Assembly: GCA_040285825.1 (NCBI GenBank)
Contig: JAUPSS010000001.1
Coordinates: forward strand, 3,286,001-3,350,000
Direction: 5' to 3'
Length of the DNA stretch: 64,000 nucleotides
Origin: Eukaryota sp. TZLM1-RC
Lineage: Eukaryota > Protista > Metamonada: BaSk clade
Under the pieces are notes generated by a model. It had not been told where the DNA came from. It did no database searches and was given only the letters and a program-made list of their open reading frames with translations. A program made the position numbers and the translations under genes. Shown in pieces: positions 11,001-23,344 of the stretch (the first letter of the stretch is position 1; each line of letters starts with the position of its first letter).

Positions 11001-12100
11001 ATCAAGACGGCCACAGATACATTCTTGTATTTGTGGATAGCTTCACGAGGTTCACTATCATTGTCCCTCTCAAAGAACTCAACGCCAACCTTACTGCTGA
11101 CGCTCTCATATGGAAGGTATGTGCGATATTCGGGATCCCGTTCATAGTTCATAGTGACAATGGTCCTGAGTTCTCAAAAGCTGTCTTCGACGCTCTATGT
11201 GAGTTTTTGGGCATAGAGGTCTCAAAGTCCGTCCCTCACTTCTCTCAGTCCAACGGTTTAGTCGAACGCCGTCACCGTGACATTTTGCAGAATTTGAGGA
11301 AGCTGCTCGTAGATTTTAACGCCTACGATGCATGGTCAGAGTACATACTCTATGTACAATTGTTAATCAACTCATCCAAGAGTTCGATTACAGGTTACTC
11401 TCCATACCAGCTCATGTTTGGTTCAGATTTTAGCCCCAGAGCTGACCCCGGCAAAATCATAGAGACCCTCAAAAGCTCAACGTCTGAGTCAATATATATC
11501 AACGAAATTCAATCTAAATTTGTTAGATTGAAGAAGAAACAGGAGGAAGCAGAGCTCCGTCAAGCTTCCAAGGCTCCTCCTCGTGATTTCCAAATCGAAG
11601 CCAACCCTTTCTCCATTGGCCAATTGGTCAAACGAGCTTCGTCTTCCACTGCTAAGTTACATGGTAATTACAAAGGGCCATTCTTAGTTATCGACACACC
11701 CTCTACCTCCACAGTTGATATCAAGAATCTGTGTACTGGTATGGTTGTCAAAGCCAGTGTGAAGCACCTCCAACCTTGGCACTCCAGTTTACCAGCAGAT
11801 GATGAATTTCACTCCTGGGTTGCTGCTGGCGATGCAGAAGAGCACGTGATTCAGAAAGTCCTCAGTCAGGATGGTGATTACTGTCAAGTCCAATGGCCTG
11901 GCAATCATATTACCACTGAGCTGGTTTCGACTATTCAAAACACCTTTGCTTACAAAGAATTCTCCAAGTCTATATCTAATACTCGCTCTCGTCCTTCCCG
12001 CCGTAAACGTCGTTCTGATAATATTAATAATAATGTTAATCCTACTTCTATCAGGCCTCGACGCTCGAAAAGAAGAAAGGGCAGTGTTAGCCTTGGATAA
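5045..12100 (+). pseudogene. Single-frame Gag-Pol polyprotein (about 2351 codons) with one premature TAG at 6137-6139
   Basis: ORFs 5045..6139 and 6191..12100 share a frame, and copy 2 has TCG at this codon. Motifs: CCHC knuckle CRFCGVPGHTINEC, DSGA protease, YIDD RT, CDASD RNase H, HHCC and D,D35E integrase, GPF, chromodomain. Confidence 0.92.
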
Positions 12101-12239
12101 TATTTATAATAGTTTATTTATAGTTTATTGTATCATTGCGCCCATGCGCTTAAGTTAAGGGAAATCCTCTTTCCCTTGTAATAAATTACTCTACTTTTCA
12201 TATAAGGTCATGTCCCGTCATAACACCCGCAGATCATCA
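12085..12239 (+). repeat. Family A copy 1 3' LTR
   Basis: Follows the PPT and contains the polyprotein stop codon. Confidence 0.95.
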
Positions 12240-12792
12240 TATTCCTTTATTAGACGATATTAAATTGAAAAATATTCGTCTGCAAGAAAAAAGGGAAGAA
12301 GCAGAGTGTCATCAATCATTAAATACTCCGATTTCAATAGACAATACTAATTCGCGTTCTATAGTATTTAACATTGGTGACTATGTCCTACGTAAAACCA
12401 AACAGAATAATAAATTACATGGATCTTGGAACGGATCCTTTTTAGTAATAGACCATCCTTCCAACTCCACTTTATTATTAAAGAATCTTATCACTGGCAG
12501 CGAAATAAAGGCTGCTAAGAAAGATTGCAAAATCTATAACGCAGATAATCCACAGGATATCGAATTCCTTAAGGCAGTCGCAGCAGGCAATGCTGAGAAA
12601 CATGTTATAGAGAAAATCCTCTCAGAATATAATTCTGACTCAGGTAGTTTCTGTACTGTTCAATGGTTTGGCGGTGAGACAACAGAAGAGCCTCTCCATT
12701 CAGTTAAACATTCAGAAGCTTACAAGTTGTTCAGTAGGAATAACAAGAAAATTGGAAAACGTACTACTGGTCAGCGTAAAAGTACCTCCAAT
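12240..12792 (+). pseudogene. Family B integrase C-terminus and chromodomain fragment
   Basis: Continues 4084-4919; HVIEKILSEY...CTVQWFGGETTEEP chromodomain-like segment. Confidence 0.85.
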
Positions 12793-12873
12793 TGTTGGCG
12801 CCCTAAGGCTTTTATAATATGAATAGAAAATAAATTATCTTTATCTCAACCACTTTTGCAACCTAAGGCAACA
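12793..12873 (+). repeat. Family B LTR of 5' type (followed by leader and gag ATG at 12957)
   Basis: Same 81-bp sequence as 2081-2161 but with no PPT upstream. Confidence 0.9.
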
Positions 12874-13206
12874 ATAATTATTGGCCATATTAGGTTATAG
12901 GTATACCGCTTACACAACTTACAGCTATCAAACAGAGGATATCTTCAGCAGATATCATGTCAGTCTCTCCTCGCCAGGACACTGACTCTAGTCAAATTTT
13001 TTACATTGAACAGATGCAACAGTACGACAGAGATGCTTTTAGCATACATACAACATCAGTAGGGACTGAAGGATCCGTGCCTGGTTCCGTGGTTTTTGAT
13101 TTGGAAGAGGCGGGAGGTGGTTCCGTGCCTGGTTCCATATCTTTCTCATGAGGAGGGGCGGAGGGTGGTCTCGAGCCCGAGTCCTCTTCTTTATTCGACT
13201 CTTTAT

Positions 13207-14037
13207 TATTCCTTTATTAGACGATATTAAATTGAAAAATATTCGTCTGCAAGAAAAAAGGGAAGAAGCAGAGTGTCATCAATCATTAAATACTCCGATT
13301 TCAATAGACAATACTAATTCGCGTTCTATAGTATTTAACATTGGTGACTATGTCCTACGTAAAACCAAACAGAATAATAAATTACATGGATCTTGGAACG
13401 GATCCTTTTTAGTAATAGACCATCCTTCCAACTCCACTTTATTATTAAAGAATCTTATCACTGGCAGCGAAATAAAGGCTGCTAAGAAAGATTGCAAAAT
13501 CTATAACGCAGATAATCCACAGGATATCGAATTCCTTAAGGCAGTCGCAGCAGGCAATGCTGAGAAACACGTTATAGAGAAAATCCTCTCAGAATATAAT
13601 TCTAACTCAGGTAGTTCTGTACTGTTCAATGGTTTGGCGGTGAGTCAACAGAAGAGCCTCTCCATTCAGTTAAACATTCAGAAGCCTACAAGTTGTTCAG
13701 TAGGAATAACAAGAAAATTGGAAAACGTACTACTGGTCAGCGTAAAAGTACCTCCAATTGTTGGCGCCCTAAGGCTTTTATAATATGAATAGAAAATAAA
13801 TTATCTTTATCTCAACCACTTTTGCAACCTAAGGCAACAATAATTATTGGCCATATTAGGTTATAGGTATACCGCTTACACAACTTACAGCTATCAAACA
13901 GAGGATATCTTCAGCAGATATCATGTCAGTCTCTCCTCGCCAGGACACTGACTCTAGTCAAATTTTTTACATTGAACAGATGCAACAGTACGACAGAGAT
14001 GCTTTTAGCATACATACAACATCAGTAGGGACTGAAG
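13207..14037 (+). repeat. Tandem duplicate of 12240-13071 (integrase tail, LTR at 13759-13839, gag start)
   Basis: Near-identical sequence starting at the same TATT. Confidence 0.9.
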
Positions 14038-14364
14038 AGTCGAATAAAGAAGAGGACTCGGGCTCGAGACCACCCTCCGCCCCTCCTCATGAGAAAGATA
14101 TGGAACCAGGCACGGAACCACCTCCCGCCTCTTCCAAATCAAAAACCACGGAACCAGGCACGGATCCTTCAGTCCCTACTGATGTTGTATGTATGCTAAA
14201 AGCATCTCTGTTGTACTGTTGCATCTGTTCAATGTAAAAAATTTGACTAGAGTCAGTGTCCTGGCGAGGAGAGACTGACATGATATCTGCTGAAGATATC
14301 CTCTGTTTGATAGCTGTAAGTTGTGTAAGCGGTATACCTATAACCTAATATGGCCAATAATTAT

Positions 14365-14445
14365 TGTTGCCTTAGGTTGCAAAAGTGGTTGAGATAAAGA
14401 TAATTTATTTTCTATTCATATTATAAAAGCCTTAGGGCGCCAACA
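14365..14445 (-). repeat. Family B 5' LTR, followed leftward by leader and gag 5' fragment (to about 14035)
   Basis: Same 81-bp LTR; MSVSPRQDT ORF start at 14281. Confidence 0.9.
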
Positions 14446-14996
14446 CAAGATTTTGTTACTGTGTATTCAAAATTATTTTCCTTGTCCATCTTCAGTGTTT
14501 CAATGTCTTTTATTTCATTGTGGTGTTTCTTTCAATAGAAGCATTTGAATTAACCTATTGAGCGTTGCGATTGTCAAAATTATAAATCTCATGAAAAAAA
14601 GTGCATATTTGTCTAGTTTTGTAAACCATCAATCAATCAGCTGCCATTTGAGATTGAATCTTTTGTTTGAAAATCGACTGGTGTCTGCTCTTTCACAAAT
14701 ATCAACTGTGTAACTTTGACCAATCCAGACAGTAAGTACAACGTTCTTGATTAGTATTTATTCACCATTTGACAACAATCTCTGGACTTTCTATGATGAA
14801 TAGACAGTTGTTGTCCCAAAGATAACCGGGTGTCAATCTTGTCGATTTGTCACGTAGGTAAAATCAATAAGCTTTTCAAATTGTGAAAATAGGGCACACT
14901 ACCTTTTATCTTTCCGAAAACGGGACTAGAAATTTGATGACTCTAAAGCTATCTCAAATGCACCAAAAATCCAAACAATACACCTTTAAATTATGA

Positions 14997-15172
<176 letters not shown>

Positions 15173-15241
15173 AATAACTATAAGGTACTATTATTACTAT
15201 ATTTGTAAATAAAATATTATTAATATAATTATTTATTGAAA

Positions 15242-16507
15242 CTATGCGATATTTTCCAAACCAACAAAATTAAAAATACTAGATGCTAAATTAGGATCAC
15301 TTGACACATTGATGTGAAAATTTCCTTCTTTAACTTCGCAATCCTGATCAAGCAACATTTTGGTGATAAGTACTTCTGACTCAGAGTGATCCAATCCCGA
15401 AATTTCGGAGATTTCCTCAACAGAGACAGTTTTAACAACTCTACTATAGAGATCAATAACAAGTTCAACACAACATCTGAAAATTTCACCAGCCTTTTTG
15501 GAAACAAAATAATCACCTTCAAAAATTTGTTTCAATCCAGCCAAATATTGACCAGATTTTTCCAAATCACATTCCGAAAGGGCGCTCAAAAATTGCACCA
15601 CAGGACTCTCAAAGACAATTCCACATTCAGGTCCCATTGAACAATTGTTGAGCAACTTTAAAAGTTCAAATGATCTTGAATGAATTTCACTACTTCCCTT
15701 CGTACAAAACACCATAAAGCAATAGTCAAGAAGATGAGGAGCAATGTTAGAAACGGCGGTGACGTACTTGATATCCTTCGAGGATTTGAAAAGGAAATCA
15801 GCCAAAAGATCAGGTGAATCGACAAAGACGGGAAGCAACCAATGAAGAAGAGTGGCACGTAGCGTAATGTTATGTCCGGCGCTACGTTTTTTTGCTTCTT
15901 CTTCAATACATTCACGTACTTGTTGTGCAAGTTCGGTGGCTTGGTCGTGATGACCTTCAATGATGGCAATGGCGAGGAGACCCCAGAGAGCATCTGAATG
16001 AACTGAGGTGGTAGAGAGAAGAGGGGAGAGAAGCTTCTTTGAGATATCAAAAAACTGTTGGTTATAGTAGAATCGGGAAAGATTCAAGGCTTCCCGTGGG
16101 TGAGATTCAATGGCTGTGACTTTGTCCGCAGAAAGCTCTCCGTCTAGATCCTCCGCATTGAGAGATAGTTCCATCAAGAGGTTGTCTTTCTGGGCTTCTA
16201 AATCCGAAGCGAGTTCTTCCTCTGACTTGCTGTTCAGTGAGAAGGAGGGCGTGCCAGTGGCTACTGAAAACTCAACAGTTTTGTCATTGAGGGTAATGGG
16301 AGAACTGACCTCAAGAAAGTGTAGCTGAAGGAGTGTGAGACGTATCTGTTCCAAGTTCATGGCATCGACAACAAGTTGCAAACGTGAAAGGTAAAGATCT
16401 TTCAACGGTTGACAGTTACGTTCGATAAGAAAATCGACTAAGCGTAAGGCAATGGCCCTATCGAGATAGGGTGTTATGGAAGAAGCCTTGGACAGTATAT
16501 GATCCAT
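15242..16507 (-). CDS. EIF3E: Translation initiation factor 3 subunit E (PCI protein)
   Basis: ITPYLDRAIALRLVDFL, ALWGLLA and RATLLHWLLPVF match eIF3e/Int6 blocks; likely ATG at 16507. Confidence 0.8.
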   Translation of the reverse strand: MDHILSKASSITPYLDRAIALRLVDFLIERNCQPLKDLYLSRLQLVVDAMNLEQIRLTLLQLHFLEVSSPITLNDKTVEFSVATGTPSFSLNSKSEEELASDLEAQKDNLLMELSLNAEDLDGELSADKVTAIESHPREALNLSRFYYNQQFFDISKKLLSPLLSTTSVHSDALWGLLAIAIIEGHHDQATELAQQVRECIEEEAKKRSAGHNITLRATLLHWLLPVFVDSPDLLADFLFKSSKDIKYVTAVSNIAPHLLDYCFMVFCTKGSSEIHSRSFELLKLLNNCSMGPECGIVFESPVVQFLSALSECDLEKSGQYLAGLKQIFEGDYFVSKKAGEIFRCCVELVIDLYSRVVKTVSVEEISEISGLDHSESEVLITKMLLDQDCEVKEGNFHINVSSDPNLASSIFNFVGLENIA

Positions 16508-17070
16508 TCTTGAAAATGAAAACAAATTCTTCAATTGCATGAACGGAGAATGTGCTTCTTGATGTTGTTGTATTTGTATTTTATCTTCAAGCATTTTATT
16601 TGAAAACTTCACGTGTGTCTAGTCCTCTACACGAGTTCATTCTAATGAGGTTGTTCTATAAAATTGTTCTCCGCCATTAGCTCTACGTTTCAAACTTGGA
16701 TATTTATGAGCTGTTTACCATCAAAGAAAATCTTCATATTTCATTTATGGAAATAATTCCGCAATCTTGAGTATTGTTTAAATGTCAGAAAAATAACTGA
16801 GTTCATTGAGAAACAATGCGCAATACTGTATTAGTGAATAGAACTAGGGTTTTTGATTCTAAATATTGTTGTGGTAATCATAGTCGCTGCTCAATAAATT
16901 TTAATTAGGCCTAACAACAATCACTCACCAGCTTAGGTTCTATTGACATATTCGAAAAAACTATCGCCATGAATTAATGGGTAAATGAGAAGTAATAGTA
17001 GTTAATTAAATAAATTAAATAAAATTGAAAATTTTATTTTCTACGAAGAAACAAAACAAAACAAAACAAA

Positions 17071-17841
17071 CTAAAACACATAGGAAACAAAATTCTCCAC
17101 GCCAACTCTTGATGAATCCTTATACAGCTTGGACATCATTAAACTCAAGTACTTGGGAACACTTCTGTACAAAGCGAAAATGATACGATATTTCCATAAA
17201 TTCTGTGCAAAATTCTTACCCCTTGAACGACATAAATTATCAAAATCATTGATAAAATTCAAGGCGGACTGTCCAATGTTGCGAAAAATCGAAAAGGCAA
17301 AAGGAACAAATGAGAACTTCGAGTAAAGATTCTGATTTAAATCATTTAATAACTCAGTATATTTTTCTCGTTTACGATCTCAGCCGTGTTAAAATGATCA
17401 TTAGCACCAAGTAAAACATCATCACGATAAATAAAAGCAAAAATATCAACTGTAGTAAAATCAACAACAACTTGAGAGGAATCCACAAAATGAGCAATTA
17501 AATCACCTCGACGTGAATTCAACAGATTATTATCGCTATAATGCTTCAACAACGGTTCTACTTTGCAACTAAAATTGTAACACTTGAACATCTCAAATGT
17601 CACATCACGAACGGCATTATGAAGAACTGACCTATATATATTGGAGAAATTTCTTACAACTCACAATATGACGGAAATTGGCAGTAGGTTTTTTGTTACA
17701 AATACCATAAGAATTGTCCAAAAGACCACTTGGATACATCCCTAATCTCAACCGCATGTATTGTTTCCAAGCTTCATTTGTTAAGTGAAGACCAAATGGC
17801 CTTGGTTGCTGAGATATTAAACTAGTGCAGTTCTGGAACAA
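17071..17841 (-). mobile_element. Decayed 3' part of an RLE-type (CRE-like) non-LTR element
   Basis: Frameshifted MRLRLG, HIVSC, HNAVRD, RRGDL...VDFT and WKYRIIF motifs. Confidence 0.75.
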
Positions 17842-18501
17842 AATAAATTAATTAAAAAAGTAAAAAAAACAAAAAAGTAAAAAAAATAATTAATTAAATA
17901 AAATTAATTAATAAAGTTAATTAATTATGGGCTAAAGTAAATTGTTTTGCAATAACCGCTATGAAACATATTGTAGAATAAAATCCTAACAACAATGACA
18001 AGAAATACCCTCAAACTGAATTTCTTCGATGCAATTGAGCTTACAATTAATGCCAAAATAATTTCATCATAAATTATGATCTACTGATAATTCACTCTGT
18101 TTAAACATAACAGGAATTGATTTCAAAGTGGGAAATATTTCCATTTTTTTGCGAAAAACGTCTGTTGAAGATCTGATTTTCACGGTCTTTTTAACATTCG
18201 TAAAGAGAATCAACATTGATGATTAAATTGATCAATTAATCAATTAATTGTAGATTTTGTTATTCTGCAGACTTACTGTTGTGAAAAGTTTGGCTTTGGG
18301 CAAAGCATCACAAGTATAAATTCTGGAGAAGATTACCGATATTTTAGAGGAACTTTGAATGCAATTGATCTGGTTCCTTTAAGGATCGGATTATCTGTAA
18401 AATAATTTTCCACATATTTGGTTATTTACCAACGAATGGTTAAAGGAATTACAGAATCATTGTAATGTTCTTATAGAGCACTCCACAACGAATCGCCAGT
18501 G

Positions 18502-18583
18502 GCTGGTATATCCAAGTGGTTACGGAGGTTCACTCGAAATGAATTGGGATTCTCCCGCGCAGGTTCGAATCCTGCTGCCAGCG
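18502..18583 (+). tRNA. tRNA-Ser(CGA)
   Basis: Acceptor stem GCTGGTA/TGCCAGC, anticodon arm GTTCA-CTCGAAA-TGAAT, long variable arm, GGTTCGAATCC, followed by TTTT. Confidence 0.95.
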
Positions 18584-19100
18584 TTTTCAGTTTTTTGGTT
18601 CAAGGAACAAAATCTTTTATTATACAATGAACAGCAATAGCAATACATAACTAAAGTTCCACATCCGGAAAACCTACCTCTTAAAAGTGGAAACAGTTTA
18701 TTACTAAAGATTCTGAAAATCGAATATTGTAACATTCGAATTTCAGAAATTTCACCATTCCCTTAAAAATTGACGGTGGAAATGCAATCTTGTTTTGCCA
18801 GTAAACACGATTGAAAATTCTTCCAGTCCTGTTACTTGGCAACTACTCGGAAATCCTCAAGAAATGGCAAAGCAGCCTTTCCTAAAAAAAATGGGACATA
18901 AATTATATTGGGCATCAGAACTATAATTGACAGAGAATTGCTCTATAAATACAGCAGGTACTGAAATCTCCACAATAAGGAGTAATCTAGTGTATTCAGA
19001 TGAATATTTAGTGGAACTACAGATATCAAAAGAAAAATTGCAAACACAAAAAAATGACCTATTTTACACAATCAATGAAAACTAAAGTGATAAAAGCAAA

Positions 19101-21893
19101 CTAGATTGCAATCACCTGTACAGAATCCCCATAAACCAATATCACGTCATCAAAAATATCAAAACCACATGGATGAGAAACATTAACCATCATCCTCTCT
19201 GATTGTATCAAAGAGAGAACATCGGCATTTTTGACAATTTTGAAAATCAAAATATAACCAGAATTGTCTAGAATATATACATTGCTATTAAAAACCTTCA
19301 TCTGCAGAATAAACCTGTGTAGCAGACATGTTGAAAAAGCTAGCGGTGGTTCTTTGCTTGATAACTTCAAATGCCACAGCTCAGTACCAATGTTGTTAAC
19401 GTCAGTGGTATTGACCTCGTCAGATCTATCTGTGGCAACTATAAGATCAACGTTATCTGCAGTGAATTCATATAAAGAAACAAAAGAAACGGAACATTTG
19501 AAAGAAAAAGAAAATTCCAAACTTCGAAATTTTAGGTTCCACAAGCAAACAGTACCAGCAGTATCACCCGTAATCAACCGTGATTGTGATTGAATGATCT
19601 CTACTGCAATCACATCAAAATTTGAGTGAATTTCAGGTAACAATAATGGTGCGCAGGGGTCATCACTGTTAATATTTGAGATTAACGGAACGAGACAAAC
19701 CAAGCCTTCAGTTCCAATCACAGCAGAACCAAAGGTGTTTGAATTATTAATTTGAACAATTTTAGTTAAATCTCCATATAGATTAGGTAATTCAGCCAAC
19801 ACCGCACCTGTTTTAGGGTGGATGAAGTACACAAAGCCTTTATCGGTGGTGATGACTAGAACCCTGCCGTTTGATTGAGAACAGGCACTAGTAACATTGC
19901 CAATACAGTTTTTGATAAGTAAATGTAAATTTTGGGTTAAATTTTGGGTGACGTCATCTAGCTCAAATATATGATAGTTGAGATCAGAACGGATCACACA
20001 GAAAATTTTGAATAATTCAGACCACAGAACAGCTACCACCGGACTAGTGAAACTTTGAGTTTGTTTGACATTTGAATTTGAAGTCTCGGTGTTGGCATTT
20101 TGATAAACTGACCAAAATTTAATTGTACTGCCGGCTGTAATCATAGTACCAAGAGAATTTGAATTTTTCGATGGTTCAAAATTTGGTAAAAACTTGGCCG
20201 CTTTGAACTCATCAGATGGGATATGTCTAGTTGAATCTCGTATCGAATGAACACATTTATTCATTCTGAGATCCCAAATTTTCACAGTCTTGTCGATACT
20301 AGAAGAGATCAACATTGGTTGATCTGACGAATGGCAGAATCCTAGTGAAATTACAGGGTTAGTGTGACCATTCAATGTGGCTATTGGTGATGAAACGTAA
20401 GGATCAATAAGAAAGATTGATCTGTCCAGACCTCCAAAGCATGCCAAGTGTTGTGATTTATGGTGATCTATGCAATAAATTGGTCGAGAGTGAGCTCTTC
20501 TCTCAAATATTCGCACTTTTGATAGATATTCCGCATCTGACAACACCAAACTGCCATCATTAGCCCCAGAAAGAATCGAATTAGGCCATGCACTTGTACA
20601 GCAAGTAACAAAAGCATTCGGATGAAGCTGATTAACAGTAGTAACTAAGTTTCTTTTGCAATCCCAAAGGCCTAAATATCCCCCCGTGTCACCAAAAGCC
20701 AGAAAATTTGGATGACTAGCCAAAGAGCTCAAAGTCAATGAAATTCTTGGCAATCTAAAATGATTGCATATCGTGAACTGATCATCATTCAACACTAACA
20801 ACGAACTATTCAACGTCGACAAGTAAATCTTCCCTTGCGATTCGCAATGGACGCCATCCACAACCCAAGCTCCGTATGATTTTACTTTAACACTGTTTGA
20901 AGCGCTCACTTCTCCTAATGCATTCTTGGCGAAACCAGTGCTGGCAGGGGCTGTGGCCGCATTGACAAGGTCAGAAGAAGGAGGTTGACGGTCTTGGTGG
21001 TTCTTCTTGACTTCTGATGACTTCTTATCAAAAGAGGTCAAGAGTGCACCTTTAACTTTTAATTCCTTCGAATACCGCAGAAGCGACCGAGATGACGTCA
21101 TTGTTGATGTGACATTATGAGCTGATGACGTCACATTTTGACCCTTTGTGTCATTATATTCTGAACCCAGCGCATACGCAACTTGTTCATGCAAAGAAGT
21201 ACTAATTTTACCATCAAACTCAGATCTCAGCCCCTTCCCCACTATGCATTCTGGGTCCACAGAGACTCTCAGCAGATCTTGCTCAAGCTTACTCTTGCCG
21301 CCTCTCCCTAGTTCCGAGGGTGGGCCTGGAGAAGAGAGAGTGGCTTTGGGTTTAGAGGAAGAGAGGGAAAAGATGTTGAGGTTACCATCGGCACCACATG
21401 AGATGAACAAGTTCTTAGAAGGACAGGTGATGAGGGTCGAGATATCACGTGAGAAAACGTGATGTGGTGACGTGGGATTGGGTGTACAGTAAGCACTGGA
21501 GGAGGGAACTTCGCGTTCGAAAAGATTAGTGGTGTAGGAAGCAAAATCAGACCAAGAAATAGTGCCTTGTGAGTTGTTATCGATAGAGTAAAAGAGCTGA
21601 AGGGCATCACGTTCGGATATGGTAGTGCCAGCTAAAAGGACGGTGTGAAAGTCTTTGAAGTTAATAGTTTCTGTAGGAAATGAACGAAAGGCTGTTTCTA
21701 TGGCATGTAGATCATCGGGTGTAGCGTTTTCCAGACTAGAAGGGAGAGTGCGTTGACGACGAAGAGATAGTGAGTCGTTGATAGAGATGTTTTTTCTGTG
21801 ACGTATTCTACTAGTAGATGGTGATGACGGATTAGGAAAAGACTGTAGAAAGAGTTGGTGTGAGTGTGTACGGGAGCTTGGAGTCTTGGACAT
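19101..21893 (-). CDS. EF-hand plus WD40-repeat protein (WDR49/WDR64-like, possibly ciliary)
   Basis: 930-aa ORF; IDNNSQGTISWSDF EF-hand; GH...SSSIDKTVKIWD WD repeats. Confidence 0.8.
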   Translation of the reverse strand: MSKTPSSRTHSHQLFLQSFPNPSSPSTSRIRHRKNISINDSLSLRRQRTLPSSLENATPDDLHAIETAFRSFPTETINFKDFHTVLLAGTTISERDALQLFYSIDNNSQGTISWSDFASYTTNLFEREVPSSSAYCTPNPTSPHHVFSRDISTLITCPSKNLFISCGADGNLNIFSLSSSKPKATLSSPGPPSELGRGGKSKLEQDLLRVSVDPECIVGKGLRSEFDGKISTSLHEQVAYALGSEYNDTKGQNVTSSAHNVTSTMTSSRSLLRYSKELKVKGALLTSFDKKSSEVKKNHQDRQPPSSDLVNAATAPASTGFAKNALGEVSASNSVKVKSYGAWVVDGVHCESQGKIYLSTLNSSLLVLNDDQFTICNHFRLPRISLTLSSLASHPNFLAFGDTGGYLGLWDCKRNLVTTVNQLHPNAFVTCCTSAWPNSILSGANDGSLVLSDAEYLSKVRIFERRAHSRPIYCIDHHKSQHLACFGGLDRSIFLIDPYVSSPIATLNGHTNPVISLGFCHSSDQPMLISSSIDKTVKIWDLRMNKCVHSIRDSTRHIPSDEFKAAKFLPNFEPSKNSNSLGTMITAGSTIKFWSVYQNANTETSNSNVKQTQSFTSPVVAVLWSELFKIFCVIRSDLNYHIFELDDVTQNLTQNLHLLIKNCIGNVTSACSQSNGRVLVITTDKGFVYFIHPKTGAVLAELPNLYGDLTKIVQINNSNTFGSAVIGTEGLVCLVPLISNINSDDPCAPLLLPEIHSNFDVIAVEIIQSQSRLITGDTAGTVCLWNLKFRSLEFSFSFKCSVSFVSLYEFTADNVDLIVATDRSDEVNTTDVNNIGTELWHLKLSSKEPPLAFSTCLLHRFILQMKVFNSNVYILDNSGYILIFKIVKNADVLSLIQSERMMVNVSHPCGFDIFDDVILVYGDSVQVIAI

Positions 21894-22386
21894 TGATTAA
21901 TACATTAAGATCAGCGCTGCCAAATAAGAAAAATAAAAAACAAGTGAGGGGAATCGATAAGACTGTTGGTTGGAGAATGATTTTGAAAATCTCGGGTGGA
22001 GTCATTATTTTCAGAATTCAAAAATGTACTTTTCCATGTTAATTGATTGGGGTTAATTGTTCTAATGACATGAGTTTCAGGGCCTTCTTTTGGGTGTGAA
22101 TTGTTATTTTCAAAACCGAGAATGTTCCAAATTTCACAATTCTAAGTCAACGTTGAAGTGTATTTATTTTTTGGAATTTCTTTTAAATATTACCACGACA
22201 GGAAAAATATTCCCATAATTTGACATTATTCGATCAAGCCTATCTAGGAAAAGATTTTTGTCCTTTTTTTATTGTTTACATTTGAGTTAAGATTGTGATT
22301 TAAAAGCCTTATAAGCAACTATTTATAGTTTATCTATGTCATGAAAATAAAATCAAATATAATAATTAATAATGAAAATATTATAA

Positions 22387-23344
22387 AACCTCAATTTATT
22401 GAATTTGCACACTTGATTAAATTAAATCATAACTAATGGGACGACTATCATTAAACCAAGATTTCCTCTACAAAATCTTGATTTGCTTGCTGTCTAGCTA
22501 AAGCTTCTCTAATTCGATTGAAAAACCGCGGTAATCTATTAATAATGGCAAATTGAATCCGTGAACGCCATAAAAAAATATCAAATCTTTTCATTGTTTT
22601 TTCTTTCACCATTTTTTGGAAGTCATCCAAAAAAGTTTCTGCTTCAACTGATAATCTTCCATTTATCGAAAATGGGAAAGCAATAAAAACCAGCTGTGTA
22701 TTTCTATCGACATTTGCATCTTCAATATCTTTATCATATTTTCTATGTTTCTCTTTTGCTTTAAAATCCAGAGCAGCCACAGGATTAAGTTTTCTTCTGT
22801 GAACCAAAGTATCATTTGCAACATTACATGAGACAAAGTCAACAATAGCTTCAGAATTATCAATCCAATCACAGTATACATCACCTCTATCATCAGAACC
22901 AAAATTATTCAGAGAAAGTGTTTCTTTCAGCAGGGGCTCTTTGATACACGATATCCTTGCAGTTTGTGCCATATTGAAAACAGTGTCTCTAACAGCATCA
23001 TGTAATGAAGAACGATAAGTTATCAATTTAGAGCAATTTAGAGCATGGCGCAAAGTGAGTTGAGGTGAATTCGAACAAATACATTTTTCTTTTGATAATA
23101 ATTGGTTAATGGGGATGTTCAAATATAATCTCATTTTTGTTACAAATGCTTCATTAGTGGCACACAATCCAAATCTTCGTGGTACAATGGTTACAAAAAG
23201 TGAAGAATCTGACGCCTTGTTTTCACAAACACCCTTTTCCAATAACAATGAGTGAAGATCTTGATTTAAAACAGCCGAGCTGCAAATATTATTATAAAGA
23301 TCTTTTTCATACATTCCAGTCAATCTTTTCTGTAATGTTCGAAG
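22387..23344 (-). mobile_element. 5'-truncated RLE non-LTR element (CRE-like family A)
   Basis: Near-identical to 34737-35688; flanked by the 10-bp TSD AATATTATAA (22377-22386 and 23345-23354). Confidence 0.9.

Larger units (their letters stand above)
4920..12239 (+). mobile_element. Ty3/Gypsy chromovirus-like LTR retrotransposon, family A copy 1 (7320 bp)
   Basis: Identical 155-bp TG...CA LTRs, TSD TATT (4916-4919 and 12240-12243), PPT 12067-12084, domain order Gag-PR-RT-RH-IN-chromodomain. Confidence 0.97.
2081..14445 (-). mobile_element. Rearranged nest of Ty3/Gypsy family B, bounded by 81-bp LTRs and containing a nested family A element
   Basis: Same-orientation LTRs at 2081-2161 (preceded by a PPT) and 14365-14445 (followed by leader and gag start); internal integrase, RT and gag fragments in both orientations. 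Confidence 0.85.

Noticed and set aside
18520-18735. Short ORFs overlapping tRNA genes (also 44665 and 55678)
   Set aside because: Incidental frames across well-formed tRNAs.
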